From positions 256,001 through 320,000 of the forward strand of contig OZ244207.1 in NCBI GenBank assembly GCA_965216875.1: 64,000 bases of DNA, read 5' to 3'. The notes below the pieces were generated by a model that had not been told where the DNA came from, did no database searches, and saw only the letters and a list, made by a program, of their open reading frames with translations. Origin of the DNA: Rubripirellula sp. Its GTDB lineage: Bacteria > Planctomycetota > Planctomycetia > Pirellulales > Pirellulaceae. Shown here piece after piece: positions 8,914 to 18,855 of the stretch; the first letter of the stretch is position 1; the number at the start of each line of letters is the position of its first letter. The position numbers were made by a program, and so were the translations under genes.

Positions 8914-10026
8914 ATGTTTCCAAGCATTCGTTCCGTTGTCGCAACGTCCCTGGTTTGTGGTTCCCTCCTTTGTGGCAATGAGGCTCGCGGGCAGGTCGAC
9001 GAACCGCTTCCGCGATTCAAGCCGAAGCCAGTCATTTGGGTCGAAGACTACAAGCCGAAGGACGAATCAAAAACCAAGAACGAACAGAACAGCCAGCTGC
9101 TGGTTCGGTACGCGGATCGATTGAAGTCGGCGGGCGAATACGGCCAAGCCGAAGAGGCCTACATTGCAGCAACCAAATACGATCCATCCAACGGGTACGC
9201 CCATTATCAGCTCGCGTGCAACTACGAGCTTTGGGGGAAGCACGAGCAGGCAGTCGAGCAATACGAGACGGCGCTCAAGGTTGGCTACAGTGACTTCCCC
9301 ACCGTCCTGGCTGACGGCGAACTCGGCGGTATACGTGAGCGACCGGAGTTTGCCGACGAGCTGAAGGCGATGCGGAAGACTTACATTGAGTCGGCCAACG
9401 AGATGACGGGGCATCCGATCGCGATTCGGCCCGATGGCGAAAAACCAAAATCGGGTTGGCCGCTGATCTTCCTTCTGCACGGCTATGGCGATTCAAACAC
9501 CAGCTACATCGACAACGCCCAGAAATGGGCCGAAGCTGGATTCCTTGCCGTGGCGTTGCCAGGTTCCGTGCCAGCGGGTGAAGGACGCTACATGTGGTCG
9601 AGCGAATCGACCGACGCCACGCTCAAAGACCTCGAGGACGCGCTCGCGTCGCCGTTGCTAAAGGAGGCCGATCGCAGCAACGTTCACCTGCTTGGTTTTT
9701 CACAAGGGGCACTTCATTCGATGTTGCTCGCCACCAAGCATTCCGACCGGTTTGCCTCCGTGGTCGCGGTTTCTCCCGGCGGTTCATTGGCAAGAGACCT
9801 CTACAATCTCAAGCTCTCGCCGGATGCACGAACTGGAAAATGCTACTTCATTCATGGTGACCAAGAACCGCATGCACCGCTGGTTGAGATTTGGAAGCAG
9901 GCCTATGAGCGGGCAGGTTGGAAGTTCATGAGTGCCACGCATCCGGGCAGTCATCACTTTCCTGCCGACTGGGACCAACGGCGCAAGGAAGTGATCGAGT
10001 TCATGCGCTCAAAATCGCTTCGTTGA
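8914..10026 (+). CDS. Secreted TPR + alpha/beta hydrolase (phospholipase/carboxylesterase-like)
   Basis: Signal-like N-terminus from ATG 8914, TPR-like YQLACNY region, LHGYG, GFSQG elbow, HGDQE, HHFP. Confidence 0.8.
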   Translation: MFPSIRSVVATSLVCGSLLCGNEARGQVDEPLPRFKPKPVIWVEDYKPKDESKTKNEQNSQLLVRYADRLKSAGEYGQAEEAYIAATKYDPSNGYAHYQLACNYELWGKHEQAVEQYETALKVGYSDFPTVLADGELGGIRERPEFADELKAMRKTYIESANEMTGHPIAIRPDGEKPKSGWPLIFLLHGYGDSNTSYIDNAQKWAEAGFLAVALPGSVPAGEGRYMWSSESTDATLKDLEDALASPLLKEADRSNVHLLGFSQGALHSMLLATKHSDRFASVVAVSPGGSLARDLYNLKLSPDARTGKCYFIHGDQEPHAPLVEIWKQAYERAGWKFMSATHPGSHHFPADWDQRRKEVIEFMRSKSLR

Positions 10027-10033
10027 TTAACCG

Positions 10034-10990
10034 CTAAGAGTCGCTTGCGTCAGCGAACCCGCCGTCGGATAGGGGAGCACCCCATTTTCGGTTCGTGGTG
10101 AACAGGACGTCTGCGATCGTGACAGCGTGCGCGTCGCGTAAGCCGGCGTAGATCTTTTCACGCAGTGCGTCCAACGAGCCGAGGTCATTGAGTTCGTAGT
10201 CGTCCGGCAAAACGATGTGCGCAAGGACCATGCGTTGACGACCGGGTTGCGTCACGCGAATAAATCGTTCTTTCACCGGAACATCTGCTAGATTCGCGTC
10301 GATAATCGACGTGACTTGGTCGACCACCTCTTGGGTCGGTGCGCGGTTTAACAACGCCATCAACGCGTTGTGCGCCATCCTGACCGGAACCAAGATTGAG
10401 ATGGCGACAACGGCCAGGACAACGATGGGGTCGACGTAGGGTGTGAGCCAATCGAGCCCGATGGCACGAAGCAGGAACATGAGGGTAAAGGCGATCAGCA
10501 CACACGATGAGATGGCCGCGTTGACAATCCAATTTTCGGCATCGGCGCGAACCAGCGGACTCTGTGTTTCTTTTGCGCCTCGCCAAGTGATGTAGGAAAC
10601 GCCCCAACACAACGAAGACGCAAAGAGCCCGTAGCCAATCGCCATGGCTGCAGCGATCTCGCGGCCACCTCCGAGCAATGCCTGAATCGCGCCGACCATC
10701 GCAGCCACGGAAACGCCGAGGACCAACATCCCTTTGATCCCGTTGACCAGTGGTTCAAAGAAGGCATACCCGTGCGGGAATCGTTGGTCGTCACCGCCCG
10801 CTACCAGTGAGACAACTTTGATCGTGAAGAGGCCCGACGCAAAGTAGGTGAGGTTGAACAATCCGTCCAATAGAATCGCTTGCGACGAGGTAATCGGCGC
10901 CATGACCATTCCGACGCCTCCCATCACGACGTTTCCGAGAACGGAGATTCCAAGGTACTTCTTTTCGACACCGACGTGAGGCGATTTCAT
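10034..10990 (-). CDS. Cation diffusion facilitator (CDF) family transporter
   Basis: SQAILLDGLF, RFPHGYAFFEP, six TM segments and a C-terminal soluble domain. Start placed at ATG 10990. Confidence 0.85.
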   Translation of the reverse strand: MKSPHVGVEKKYLGISVLGNVVMGGVGMVMAPITSSQAILLDGLFNLTYFASGLFTIKVVSLVAGGDDQRFPHGYAFFEPLVNGIKGMLVLGVSVAAMVGAIQALLGGGREIAAAMAIGYGLFASSLCWGVSYITWRGAKETQSPLVRADAENWIVNAAISSCVLIAFTLMFLLRAIGLDWLTPYVDPIVVLAVVAISILVPVRMAHNALMALLNRAPTQEVVDQVTSIIDANLADVPVKERFIRVTQPGRQRMVLAHIVLPDDYELNDLGSLDALREKIYAGLRDAHAVTIADVLFTTNRKWGAPLSDGGFADASDS

Positions 10991-11205
10991 CGGGACACCA
11001 AGATCAGGAAAGCAATGATTCGACGAGGTGACAGTGTAGCGCGTGGCGAGTCCTGTTGAAACCAAGCCATTACATCCGGAACGTCCAGCAGAAACCGCAA
11101 TCGACCATCGGGACGTACTGTGAAAACGTCAATCGGTTCAACCGGATTCCATCGGCCGATCGATCATCAATGGATGACATGGACGTTTCACAAGGCACAT
11201 TGGCG

Positions 11206-12660
11206 ATGATCACTGGGTGGAAGCATTGGTTTCTACTTGTGCTTCTATTGGCGAGTCCAATCGCGAGCGTGGCGCGATCGGAAACGCTTGAGTGCGATGC
11301 CGGTCATTGCGACGGGCAAGACTTGATGTGCGATGCTGCGTCCTGTGCCCCGTGGGAAAAGGCCCCGGTTTCCCGCTTCCCATGCAGCAAGAACAGCTTC
11401 TGGGTTCGTCCCACTCTGACCGGCGACTGGTGCGGCTTGCGCACACGGATGCGCGAGTCAGGAGTCACCTTTCGCGGAACGGTCACGCAATTTGGTTTTG
11501 GGGTCGAAGGTGGCATCAACAGCGCCGCCGTGCCGCCAGCACTCGGTCAGGGGGACACGTTCAAATACACCGGTCGAGGTGAATACGACTTCGGTATCGA
11601 TCTCGAAAGAGTGCTGCATCTTCGAGGTGCCAAGTTGCTGATCGGGGCACAGCATTGGTGGGGCCAGTTCGGAAGTGTCTCTTTCAACACTGGTGCTCTC
11701 GTACCTGCAGTGTTGCCGGCCGTCGCACCTCCTGTGCAAAACCGACCTGGCGAAGTCTTTCTGACCGACTTTCTGGTCACGATGCCGATCACGAAGCGAC
11801 TGGTTGTGTTTGCGGGCAAGAAGAACGTCTTGGGCTCAGCCGACCAAGACATCTTTGCTGGCGGCGATGGCACGGACCAATTCATGAACCAAGCCCTGGT
11901 GGCAAACCCAGCCTACCTGCTTGCCTTGCCGTATAGTTCGTTCACCGCTGGCCTGGTCATGCCGCGTGACTGGGGGATGGCAACGCTTTACGTTTGGGAT
12001 CCGCAAGAGAGAACCAAGCAAGGATTAAAGCTTGACCGTCTTTTTTCCCAAGGGGTCATCCTTGGAACGCAAGTAAAGGTCAACACGAACTTTTTCAGCA
12101 AGCCGGGTGAACATCACGTCGGCGGCATCTGGAAACACCTCGACCAGATCGATCTTTCATTGAACCCGCCGCCTGGAATCGGGTTTCCCGGACAAGTCGG
12201 TGCCGGTGGACTTCCAACCAAACGTGACGCATACACCATCTACTATGGATTCGACCAATACGTTCAGGTCTTTCCGGGCGAGCGGCGAAGTCCATTGCCA
12301 ATCAAACCACCACGCGGATGGGGACTGTTTGGTCGGGCTTCGATCAGTGACGGCAATCCCACGCCCTATGATTACTTCCTCAGCCTCGGTGTCGGTGGAG
12401 ACACTCGCTTTGGAAACGATCGTGGCGACGCGTTTGGGATTGGATGGTATTACAACGGCGTCAGCGACAGTTTTTCGCCTGCGGTCAGCACGCTGCTTGG
12501 TCGACGCGAGGGAACCGGTCTTGAGGTCTACTACAAGTTTCAGCTCACTCCTTGGATGGCCGTGACGCCCGACCTCCAATACATCCGCCCTGGATTCGGC
12601 AGTTTCACTTCGGGCGATGATGCCTTTGTCTACGGTTTGCGTCTGAACATGATCCTCTAG
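11206..12660 (+). CDS. Carbohydrate-selective porin, OprB family
   Basis: Signal peptide, LTGDWCGLRT, QFMNQAL, EVYYKFQLTPWMAVTPDLQYI, terminal GLRLNMIL. Start uncertain (11170-11206). Confidence 0.88.
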   Translation: MITGWKHWFLLVLLLASPIASVARSETLECDAGHCDGQDLMCDAASCAPWEKAPVSRFPCSKNSFWVRPTLTGDWCGLRTRMRESGVTFRGTVTQFGFGVEGGINSAAVPPALGQGDTFKYTGRGEYDFGIDLERVLHLRGAKLLIGAQHWWGQFGSVSFNTGALVPAVLPAVAPPVQNRPGEVFLTDFLVTMPITKRLVVFAGKKNVLGSADQDIFAGGDGTDQFMNQALVANPAYLLALPYSSFTAGLVMPRDWGMATLYVWDPQERTKQGLKLDRLFSQGVILGTQVKVNTNFFSKPGEHHVGGIWKHLDQIDLSLNPPPGIGFPGQVGAGGLPTKRDAYTIYYGFDQYVQVFPGERRSPLPIKPPRGWGLFGRASISDGNPTPYDYFLSLGVGGDTRFGNDRGDAFGIGWYYNGVSDSFSPAVSTLLGRREGTGLEVYYKFQLTPWMAVTPDLQYIRPGFGSFTSGDDAFVYGLRLNMIL

Positions 12661-12675
12661 TCGCATCGCAGACAA

Positions 12676-13566
12676 CTAGCGAAGCAGCTTTCTTATTGCG
12701 CCGGCGACGCCGAGCGTCACCTCGGTCATTCGCGGGTAGTCAAGCGTCTCGGGTGTATCGGACGGCTGGTGATAGTGCGGATTGCGCAGGAAGCTCGTGT
12801 CGGTCAACATCAGCGCAGGGTAGTCTTGGTCCCAAAACGAACTGTTGTCGCTTAGCCGAATCTCGCCGATCTTTTCAGGCAAGCAAATGGAAAACAACGG
12901 CATCCTTCGCGTGCCCTGTTTGAACCCGCGGCGAAACTGCCAACACAGTTTCCAAGAGGGCATGTTGCCAACCGCAGCCAAGAAATTCCCGCGGCTTGGA
13001 AAGAAACGCCGCATCCAATTTGGGATCGTCGGTGGAATGGTTTGGCTTCCCTTGGCCAGCGCGTAATAGCCCACCATCTCGAGGCACAACATGCCAAGGA
13101 TCTTGTCATTGCGTTGCCGCGACTGCAACGCATGGTGTTGGCTGCCCATGGCGCCAAAATTGAAGTAGGGCGGTTCCTCGCACGCGAACGCAACATACCG
13201 AACGGTGCGTTTGCCGGTGTGCTGTGCGAGGCAGCGACTCACTTCCAGCATCACGGCAACGGCCGAGGCATTGTCGTCGGCGCCAGGCGTTGTGTAGACG
13301 GTGTCGTAGTGAGCACCAAGCAAGACGATTTCGTCGGAACGCCGTGAGCCTTTCTTTTCGACGATCAGGTTCGTTGCTTCATTGCCCAACGCATCGTAGG
13401 TCTCACGCTGAATCTCATATCCAATGTCGTTCCAAACACTTTCGATGTACCCAATCGATGCCGTGATCGTTTTGGGCTTGTCGAGTGTGCGCGGGCCGAT
13501 CAATCCAGCAAGTCGGTCGACGTGCAGACGGAGGTTGTTTTCGATCGTGTCGCGAGAGAGGTTCAT
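12676..13566 (-). CDS. M28 family metallopeptidase
   Basis: GAHYDT, PGADDNASA, FACEEPP, LEMVGY, SDNSSF, YHQPSDT. Confidence 0.92.
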   Translation of the reverse strand: MNLSRDTIENNLRLHVDRLAGLIGPRTLDKPKTITASIGYIESVWNDIGYEIQRETYDALGNEATNLIVEKKGSRRSDEIVLLGAHYDTVYTTPGADDNASAVAVMLEVSRCLAQHTGKRTVRYVAFACEEPPYFNFGAMGSQHHALQSRQRNDKILGMLCLEMVGYYALAKGSQTIPPTIPNWMRRFFPSRGNFLAAVGNMPSWKLCWQFRRGFKQGTRRMPLFSICLPEKIGEIRLSDNSSFWDQDYPALMLTDTSFLRNPHYHQPSDTPETLDYPRMTEVTLGVAGAIRKLLR

Positions 13567-14621
13567 CAGTAGGGAGGCGCAAGGCGACGAAAACCATGAA
13601 ACAGAACGACTGACAAAAAGAGCAGGTTGCGGGCGATGACGGCGAACGGGTTGACAGAGGGAGACGTTACCGGTGAATCATGCCCGATGGTATTGGCAAG
13701 GCGTCTGGCCAAGTCTTCGATCCACGCGATGCTGCGAGGCCATTCACGGATCTCGTCGAGCCAGTTTGGGGGAATGCCGTCGCGTCCAACTGACGCACCA
13801 ACAATTCCTCCGACAATCGCCGCCGTTGTATCGGCGTCGCCCCCGCACTCGATCGTCTCGGTCACCGCGGCGCGGAAATCGTGAGGGTGAGACAACCACG
13901 CATGGATGGCCGCGGGAACGGTGTGATAGGTGTAGCCACTGACGCCACTTTGCATGCCTGATGCGGCGACGTACTGGTTGGTCGTTTCGCCGCGGGCCAC
14001 GCTTTCCACGACGGCATACAGCAGTTCGATTAATTCGCTTCCTTCGTTTCCAACGGAGGAGACAACGTCATCGAGCCAGCGGTTCGCATCAATCGTTTGA
14101 TTTCGCGAGGCTTCTCGTGCCGCAAGTGCGACGGCGATCGCGCCGTATTCAGCCTTGGGGTCGCTGTGCGTCAATCGAGCTGAGACGCGAACGTGGTCAA
14201 GCAGCAATCGGTGATCGTCGATCGCCACGCCGAGGATTGCCGACCGCATCGCCGGACCATTTCCGGCCGAGTTGATGCCTGTCTTGGCCTTGTTGGACCA
14301 TCGGAGCCACAACTTGATTCCGCTCAGCGCGGTTGCGCGACCGATTCCAGCCGGGAACGACAACACCCACCACCGCAAATGCCAACTCAACGAATGTCGG
14401 AACTTTGCGACGTCACCGCGGGATTGAATCAGCGATTGGGCGACCAAACAGGAATGCTCGGTGTCGTCAGAGATCATGCCGCGACGAAAGAGGAACCGAT
14501 AGCGGTCTGGCGGCCCGAGCAGTTTTGCAGCTCGCTTGGGGCTCAGTTTTTCATAGGGCAAGCCAAGAGCATCCCCGACCGCTGTGCCCAGTAGACAACC
14601 GATCATTGCGTTTTCGTTCAA
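13566..14621 (-). CDS. ADP-ribosylglycohydrolase (DraG/ARH family)
   Basis: GTAVGDALG, SDDTEH, SAGNGPAMR, THSDP, GGDADTTAAIVG. TTG start at 14621 has GGAGG 8 nt upstream. The stop overlaps the M28 start (TGATG). Confidence 0.92.
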   Translation of the reverse strand: MNENAMIGCLLGTAVGDALGLPYEKLSPKRAAKLLGPPDRYRFLFRRGMISDDTEHSCLVAQSLIQSRGDVAKFRHSLSWHLRWWVLSFPAGIGRATALSGIKLWLRWSNKAKTGINSAGNGPAMRSAILGVAIDDHRLLLDHVRVSARLTHSDPKAEYGAIAVALAAREASRNQTIDANRWLDDVVSSVGNEGSELIELLYAVVESVARGETTNQYVAASGMQSGVSGYTYHTVPAAIHAWLSHPHDFRAAVTETIECGGDADTTAAIVGGIVGASVGRDGIPPNWLDEIREWPRSIAWIEDLARRLANTIGHDSPVTSPSVNPFAVIARNLLFLSVVLFHGFRRLAPPY

Positions 14622-14771
14622 TGGGGATACCTCCAGCAGCTGTTTTCGCCCAATCGTGCTACGCCTTGGGAAGCGGTTTGGTTTTTCGCAGCCAACCAAA
14701 CGAACGTGCTATCATCTTCACACATGCTCGCTCTGGAAATGCTCGTGCCAACCGCGTCGAAGGTGATTGCT

Positions 14772-15665
14772 ATGTGGATACGAACCTTGTCAACGATCAT
14801 CGTTTGCCTCGTGATCGGATCGGAGGTGGCGAATGCCGAGGGCCCTGCGAAGATTGTCTTTATCTCCGGTTCGCCAAGTCATGGGCCGATGAGCCATGAG
14901 CATCGGGCGGGAAACATGATCCTTGCCGACGCACTGAATCGATCAGGGCTGGACGTTGAAGCTGTGCTCGTTCCGCACTACGGCTATCCCAAAGACGCGT
15001 CGATTCTTGAGGATGCGGCAACGATCGTCATCTTCTGTACCGGACACCGCGGCCATGTCGTCAATCCGCACCTTGATGCTTTCGACGCTTTGATGAAAAA
15101 GGGAACGGGCGTTGTCATGATCCATTGGGCGACCGAAGCCGAAAAAGGAAAACCGGGAGCCAAGTTTCTTCAGTGGATGGGAGGTTTCTGTGATCTCGAT
15201 TGGTCCGTGAACCCGCACTGGAAACCAAACTTCGATGAGTTCCCGCATCACCCGATCGCCAACGGGGTCGAACCCTTTAGCGTGCATGACGAATGGTACT
15301 ACCACATGCGTTTTGTCGACGACATGAAGGGTGTTACACCCATCCTTTCGGACTTGCCGCCACCGGAAACGCTACGCCGACAGGATGGGCCACGCAGTGG
15401 TAACCCAACGGTGCGCAAAGCGGTTGGCAACGGAGAAAAACAACATGTTGCCTGGGCCTACGAGCGTCCCGGGGGAGGACGCGGTTTTGGTTTTACCGGC
15501 GCCCACAATCATGTCAGCTGGCAGGACGACAACTTTCGCAAAGTCGTCCTCAACGCGATCCTTTGGACGGCCAACGTTGATGTGCCAAAGGAAGGTTGTC
15601 CATCGCCCGCCGTGGGCGAGGCAACCATCAAAGAAAACATCGACGACAAGTCCAAACGCAAGTAA
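14772..15665 (+). CDS. Secreted ThuA-like domain protein
   Basis: Signal peptide, HGPMSHEH, GVVMIHWA, HPIANGV, DEWYY, GRGFGFTGAH, NAILW. Confidence 0.85.
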   Translation: MWIRTLSTIIVCLVIGSEVANAEGPAKIVFISGSPSHGPMSHEHRAGNMILADALNRSGLDVEAVLVPHYGYPKDASILEDAATIVIFCTGHRGHVVNPHLDAFDALMKKGTGVVMIHWATEAEKGKPGAKFLQWMGGFCDLDWSVNPHWKPNFDEFPHHPIANGVEPFSVHDEWYYHMRFVDDMKGVTPILSDLPPPETLRRQDGPRSGNPTVRKAVGNGEKQHVAWAYERPGGGRGFGFTGAHNHVSWQDDNFRKVVLNAILWTANVDVPKEGCPSPAVGEATIKENIDDKSKRK

Positions 15666-15678
15666 GAATGGATACGAG

Positions 15679-18600
15679 CTAGGCACCGACCGGAACAGGC
15701 ATGATCGCCGAATCGTCTTCCGGTTCTGTGTCGTCGGATGACGTTTCCTCGACGTTGTCTTCGGGCCATTCGCGTTGTTGCGGATCTGTCTGTTCGTCAT
15801 CGGTCACCGCGTGCGACTGATGCTCACTCGCCAGAATCAGGTAAAGTGCTGGCACGACAAACAGCGTGAACAACGTTCCCGTTGCCATGCCGATCACCAA
15901 CACGATGCCGATGCTGTTTCGTGCTGCTGCTCCAGCGCCTACGACATAGACCAGTGGCAAGTGACCGAGTACCGTGGCGACTGAAGTCATCAACACTGGA
16001 CGCAAACGCGTCAGCGACGCTTCGACAATGGCCTTGCGTTTCGACAGGCCCTGTTCTCGCAGCGAGTTTGCAAACTCGACAATGAGGATCCCGTTCTTGG
16101 CCACCAAGCCAACCAGCGTGATCAGTCCAACTTGCGAATAGATGTTAATCGTGGTGAAGCTGAGGCAAGTCAACGTCAACACTGCGGTCATCGCCAGCGG
16201 CACCGATCCCAACAGCACGATCAGCGGATCGCGGAACGAGCGGAATTGAGCAGCGAGTACCAAGTAGATCAGGATCAAGGCAAAGCCAAGCGTTGTCGCC
16301 AGTTTCGATCCTTCCTTGCGAATCTGACGAGATTCTCCCGCATGATCGAGGGCAACCGAGGTACCAGCCACTTCGTTGGCGATCTGTTCGAGCGTTTCGA
16401 GTCCGGCAGTCTTGGTGAGTCCTGGGTAGACCGCTGCGAAAATGCGAACCGCGCCTTGCTGTTGGAACCGTGTCAACGCGCGTGGTGCCGTTTCGGGCTC
16501 AATCGATGCAAACGAGGAGACGGGGATCAGCTGCCCGCTTGGCCCACGGACTCGCAAGTCCATCAAGGCTTGTGATGATTGGCGGTCGCGTGCCTCGAGT
16601 TGTGGGATCACTCGGTACGATCGGTTGAAGTAATTGAATCGGTTGACGTAACCACCGCCGAGCAACACGCCAAGTTCGCGTCCCACAAGTGCTTGGTCGA
16701 GTCCCAAGTCAGCCAGGCGTTCACGATCGACAACAACTCGCGCTTGAGGTAAGTCGACCTTTAGATCGGTGTCAACAAACATGAACATGTTTGCGGCGCG
16801 AGCACGGCGAACAATTTCGTCGGCAAGCTCGCGCTGTCGCGCAACGGGCAGGTCGCTTTTTAGCAACAACTCAACGTCGTAATTTCCCGCTCCTGGAAGT
16901 GGCGGCACGAGGACGGGGAAGGCTTCGAGGCCTGGGTTCATCGACGCACCGGCAAAGACTTCAGGCAAGATCTCTTGCGTGTTTCGTGAGCGTTCATCCC
17001 AGTCGGTGGTGATCACACCACCGAAGCCACCGCTGGAGCTGACCAACGCCCACATATAGTCGGTCTCGGGGATCTCTTCGAAGGAGTCCGCAAGATTGCT
17101 CGCCCACTTGGTCGATGCCTTCAACGTCGAATCGGGAGACGCGGTCAACATCACGGCGATCGCGCCTTCATCCTCGACGGGGGCAAGTTCGCGGGCCGAG
17201 AATTGGTAGAGCGGAATCGCGGCCAAGCCAGCGACCAATGTCGCAAACGCAATCGAAAACCGAAGATTCAGCGCGACGGACAGCAGTTTTGCGTAGCCTC
17301 GTTTGAGCCAATCGAAAACTCGGTTGACCAGCCGAGTCATCAGCCCTTCGCGTCCACCGGGAGGAATGACAAACGCACTCATCACGGGCGACAACGTGAC
17401 CGCGACAATTCCCGAAACCACGACTGCAGCAGCAAGCGTGAAGGCAAATTCGCGGAACAACATTCCGGTCAGACCACCCTGGAACCCGATCGGCGCATAG
17501 ACTGTTGCCAAGGTGATCGTCATTGCGATGATCGGGCCAACCAGTTCGCGTGCACCCGAGAGCGCAGCTTGGATCCGTCCCTGGCCCTGTTGGATATGAC
17601 GCTGGACGTTTTCGACAACCACAATCGCGTCGTCAACAACAAGTCCCACCGCAAGCACGATTGCCAACAAGGTTAACAGGTTCAATGAGAAGCCCATCAT
17701 CAGCATGACGATGGTCGCACCAATCAGCGAAACGGGCATCGCAACCAAAGGAACCAACGCCGTTCGCAGCGACCCCATGAACATGAACACAACGATGCCG
17801 ACAATCAAAATCGTTTCGGCAAGTGTTTTTGAGATCTCCGTCAGCGATTTACGCATGAATTTGGTGCCGTCATAGGCCAGTCCCATGTCGACATGAGCCG
17901 GCAATTCAGGCTCGAGTTCTTCCATCGCCGCTCGCAGCGCCGTCGAAACCTCGATTTCGTTGCTGCCAGGAAGTGGCCAGACGCTGACGTAGATCGCTTC
18001 CTTACCGCGATACATCGCAGTCATGAGCGGTTCCTCGCTGGCCAATTCGACGCGAGCGACGTCGGCCAGACGAATGATCGTGCCAGGGGAATCCTCACTC
18101 GGCGGCACTTGCTGGACGATCAAGTCTTCGAATTCTTCGACGGTCTTCAAGTCCGTGTTGGTAAGCAAGTCGACTTGAACCGAATCGCTTTTGACTTGTC
18201 CGATCGCAGCAAGGAAATTGTTCCGCTGCAGCGCCGAATAGACATCGCCGGGTGTGAGATTGAGTTTGCTGAGTTCGGTGGGTGAGATCCAAACTCGCAT
18301 CGCAGGCGTTTGTCCGGCCTCGATCCCTACCTTTTGCACGCCTTGCAGAACCGAAAGTCTCGGTTGGACATTTCGCGTCAGGTAATCGGTCAGCTGCGAA
18401 AGGTCGAATTCGTCGGAAGTGAACGACAGATAGAACGAGGCATACGGCTTATCTGCACGCACCAACTCGATTGTGGGTGGCTCGGCCTCACTCGGTAATT
18501 CACTTCGGACTTGCTGGAGTCGCGCGTTGACCTCGGCCAGTGCTTTGGTCGAATCGTGATTCAAGTTCAATCGAATGGTGACCGAACTGAGTCCGGCGGT

Positions 18601-18855
18601 GCTTTTTGATTCGATGTAGTCGATGCCGGCAACGGATGACACGGCGCGTTCGATCGGCGTTGTCAGGAAGCCGCGGACGGTTTCGGCACTGGCGCCAAAG
18701 TAAACCGTGTTGACGTTGATCGAGGTGCTCTCGAGTTTTGGATACTGTTGGATCGGCAGCGACATGGCGCAGCGGACCCCAACCAGTATCAGAACCAGGT
18801 TCACCACAATCGCCAGGACGGGATGGCGAATGAAGATGTCAGTGATCGATTTCAT
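15679..18855 (-). CDS. RND efflux permease (AcrB superfamily, MexI/MexW-like)
   Basis: DIFIRHPVLA, GLVVDDAIVVVEN, KNGILIVEFAN, RLRPVLMT. 1058 aa. Confidence 0.96.
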   Translation of the reverse strand: MKSITDIFIRHPVLAIVVNLVLILVGVRCAMSLPIQQYPKLESTSINVNTVYFGASAETVRGFLTTPIERAVSSVAGIDYIESKSTAGLSSVTIRLNLNHDSTKALAEVNARLQQVRSELPSEAEPPTIELVRADKPYASFYLSFTSDEFDLSQLTDYLTRNVQPRLSVLQGVQKVGIEAGQTPAMRVWISPTELSKLNLTPGDVYSALQRNNFLAAIGQVKSDSVQVDLLTNTDLKTVEEFEDLIVQQVPPSEDSPGTIIRLADVARVELASEEPLMTAMYRGKEAIYVSVWPLPGSNEIEVSTALRAAMEELEPELPAHVDMGLAYDGTKFMRKSLTEISKTLAETILIVGIVVFMFMGSLRTALVPLVAMPVSLIGATIVMLMMGFSLNLLTLLAIVLAVGLVVDDAIVVVENVQRHIQQGQGRIQAALSGARELVGPIIAMTITLATVYAPIGFQGGLTGMLFREFAFTLAAAVVVSGIVAVTLSPVMSAFVIPPGGREGLMTRLVNRVFDWLKRGYAKLLSVALNLRFSIAFATLVAGLAAIPLYQFSARELAPVEDEGAIAVMLTASPDSTLKASTKWASNLADSFEEIPETDYMWALVSSSGGFGGVITTDWDERSRNTQEILPEVFAGASMNPGLEAFPVLVPPLPGAGNYDVELLLKSDLPVARQRELADEIVRRARAANMFMFVDTDLKVDLPQARVVVDRERLADLGLDQALVGRELGVLLGGGYVNRFNYFNRSYRVIPQLEARDRQSSQALMDLRVRGPSGQLIPVSSFASIEPETAPRALTRFQQQGAVRIFAAVYPGLTKTAGLETLEQIANEVAGTSVALDHAGESRQIRKEGSKLATTLGFALILIYLVLAAQFRSFRDPLIVLLGSVPLAMTAVLTLTCLSFTTINIYSQVGLITLVGLVAKNGILIVEFANSLREQGLSKRKAIVEASLTRLRPVLMTSVATVLGHLPLVYVVGAGAAARNSIGIVLVIGMATGTLFTLFVVPALYLILASEHQSHAVTDDEQTDPQQREWPEDNVEETSSDDTEPEDDSAIMPVPVGA

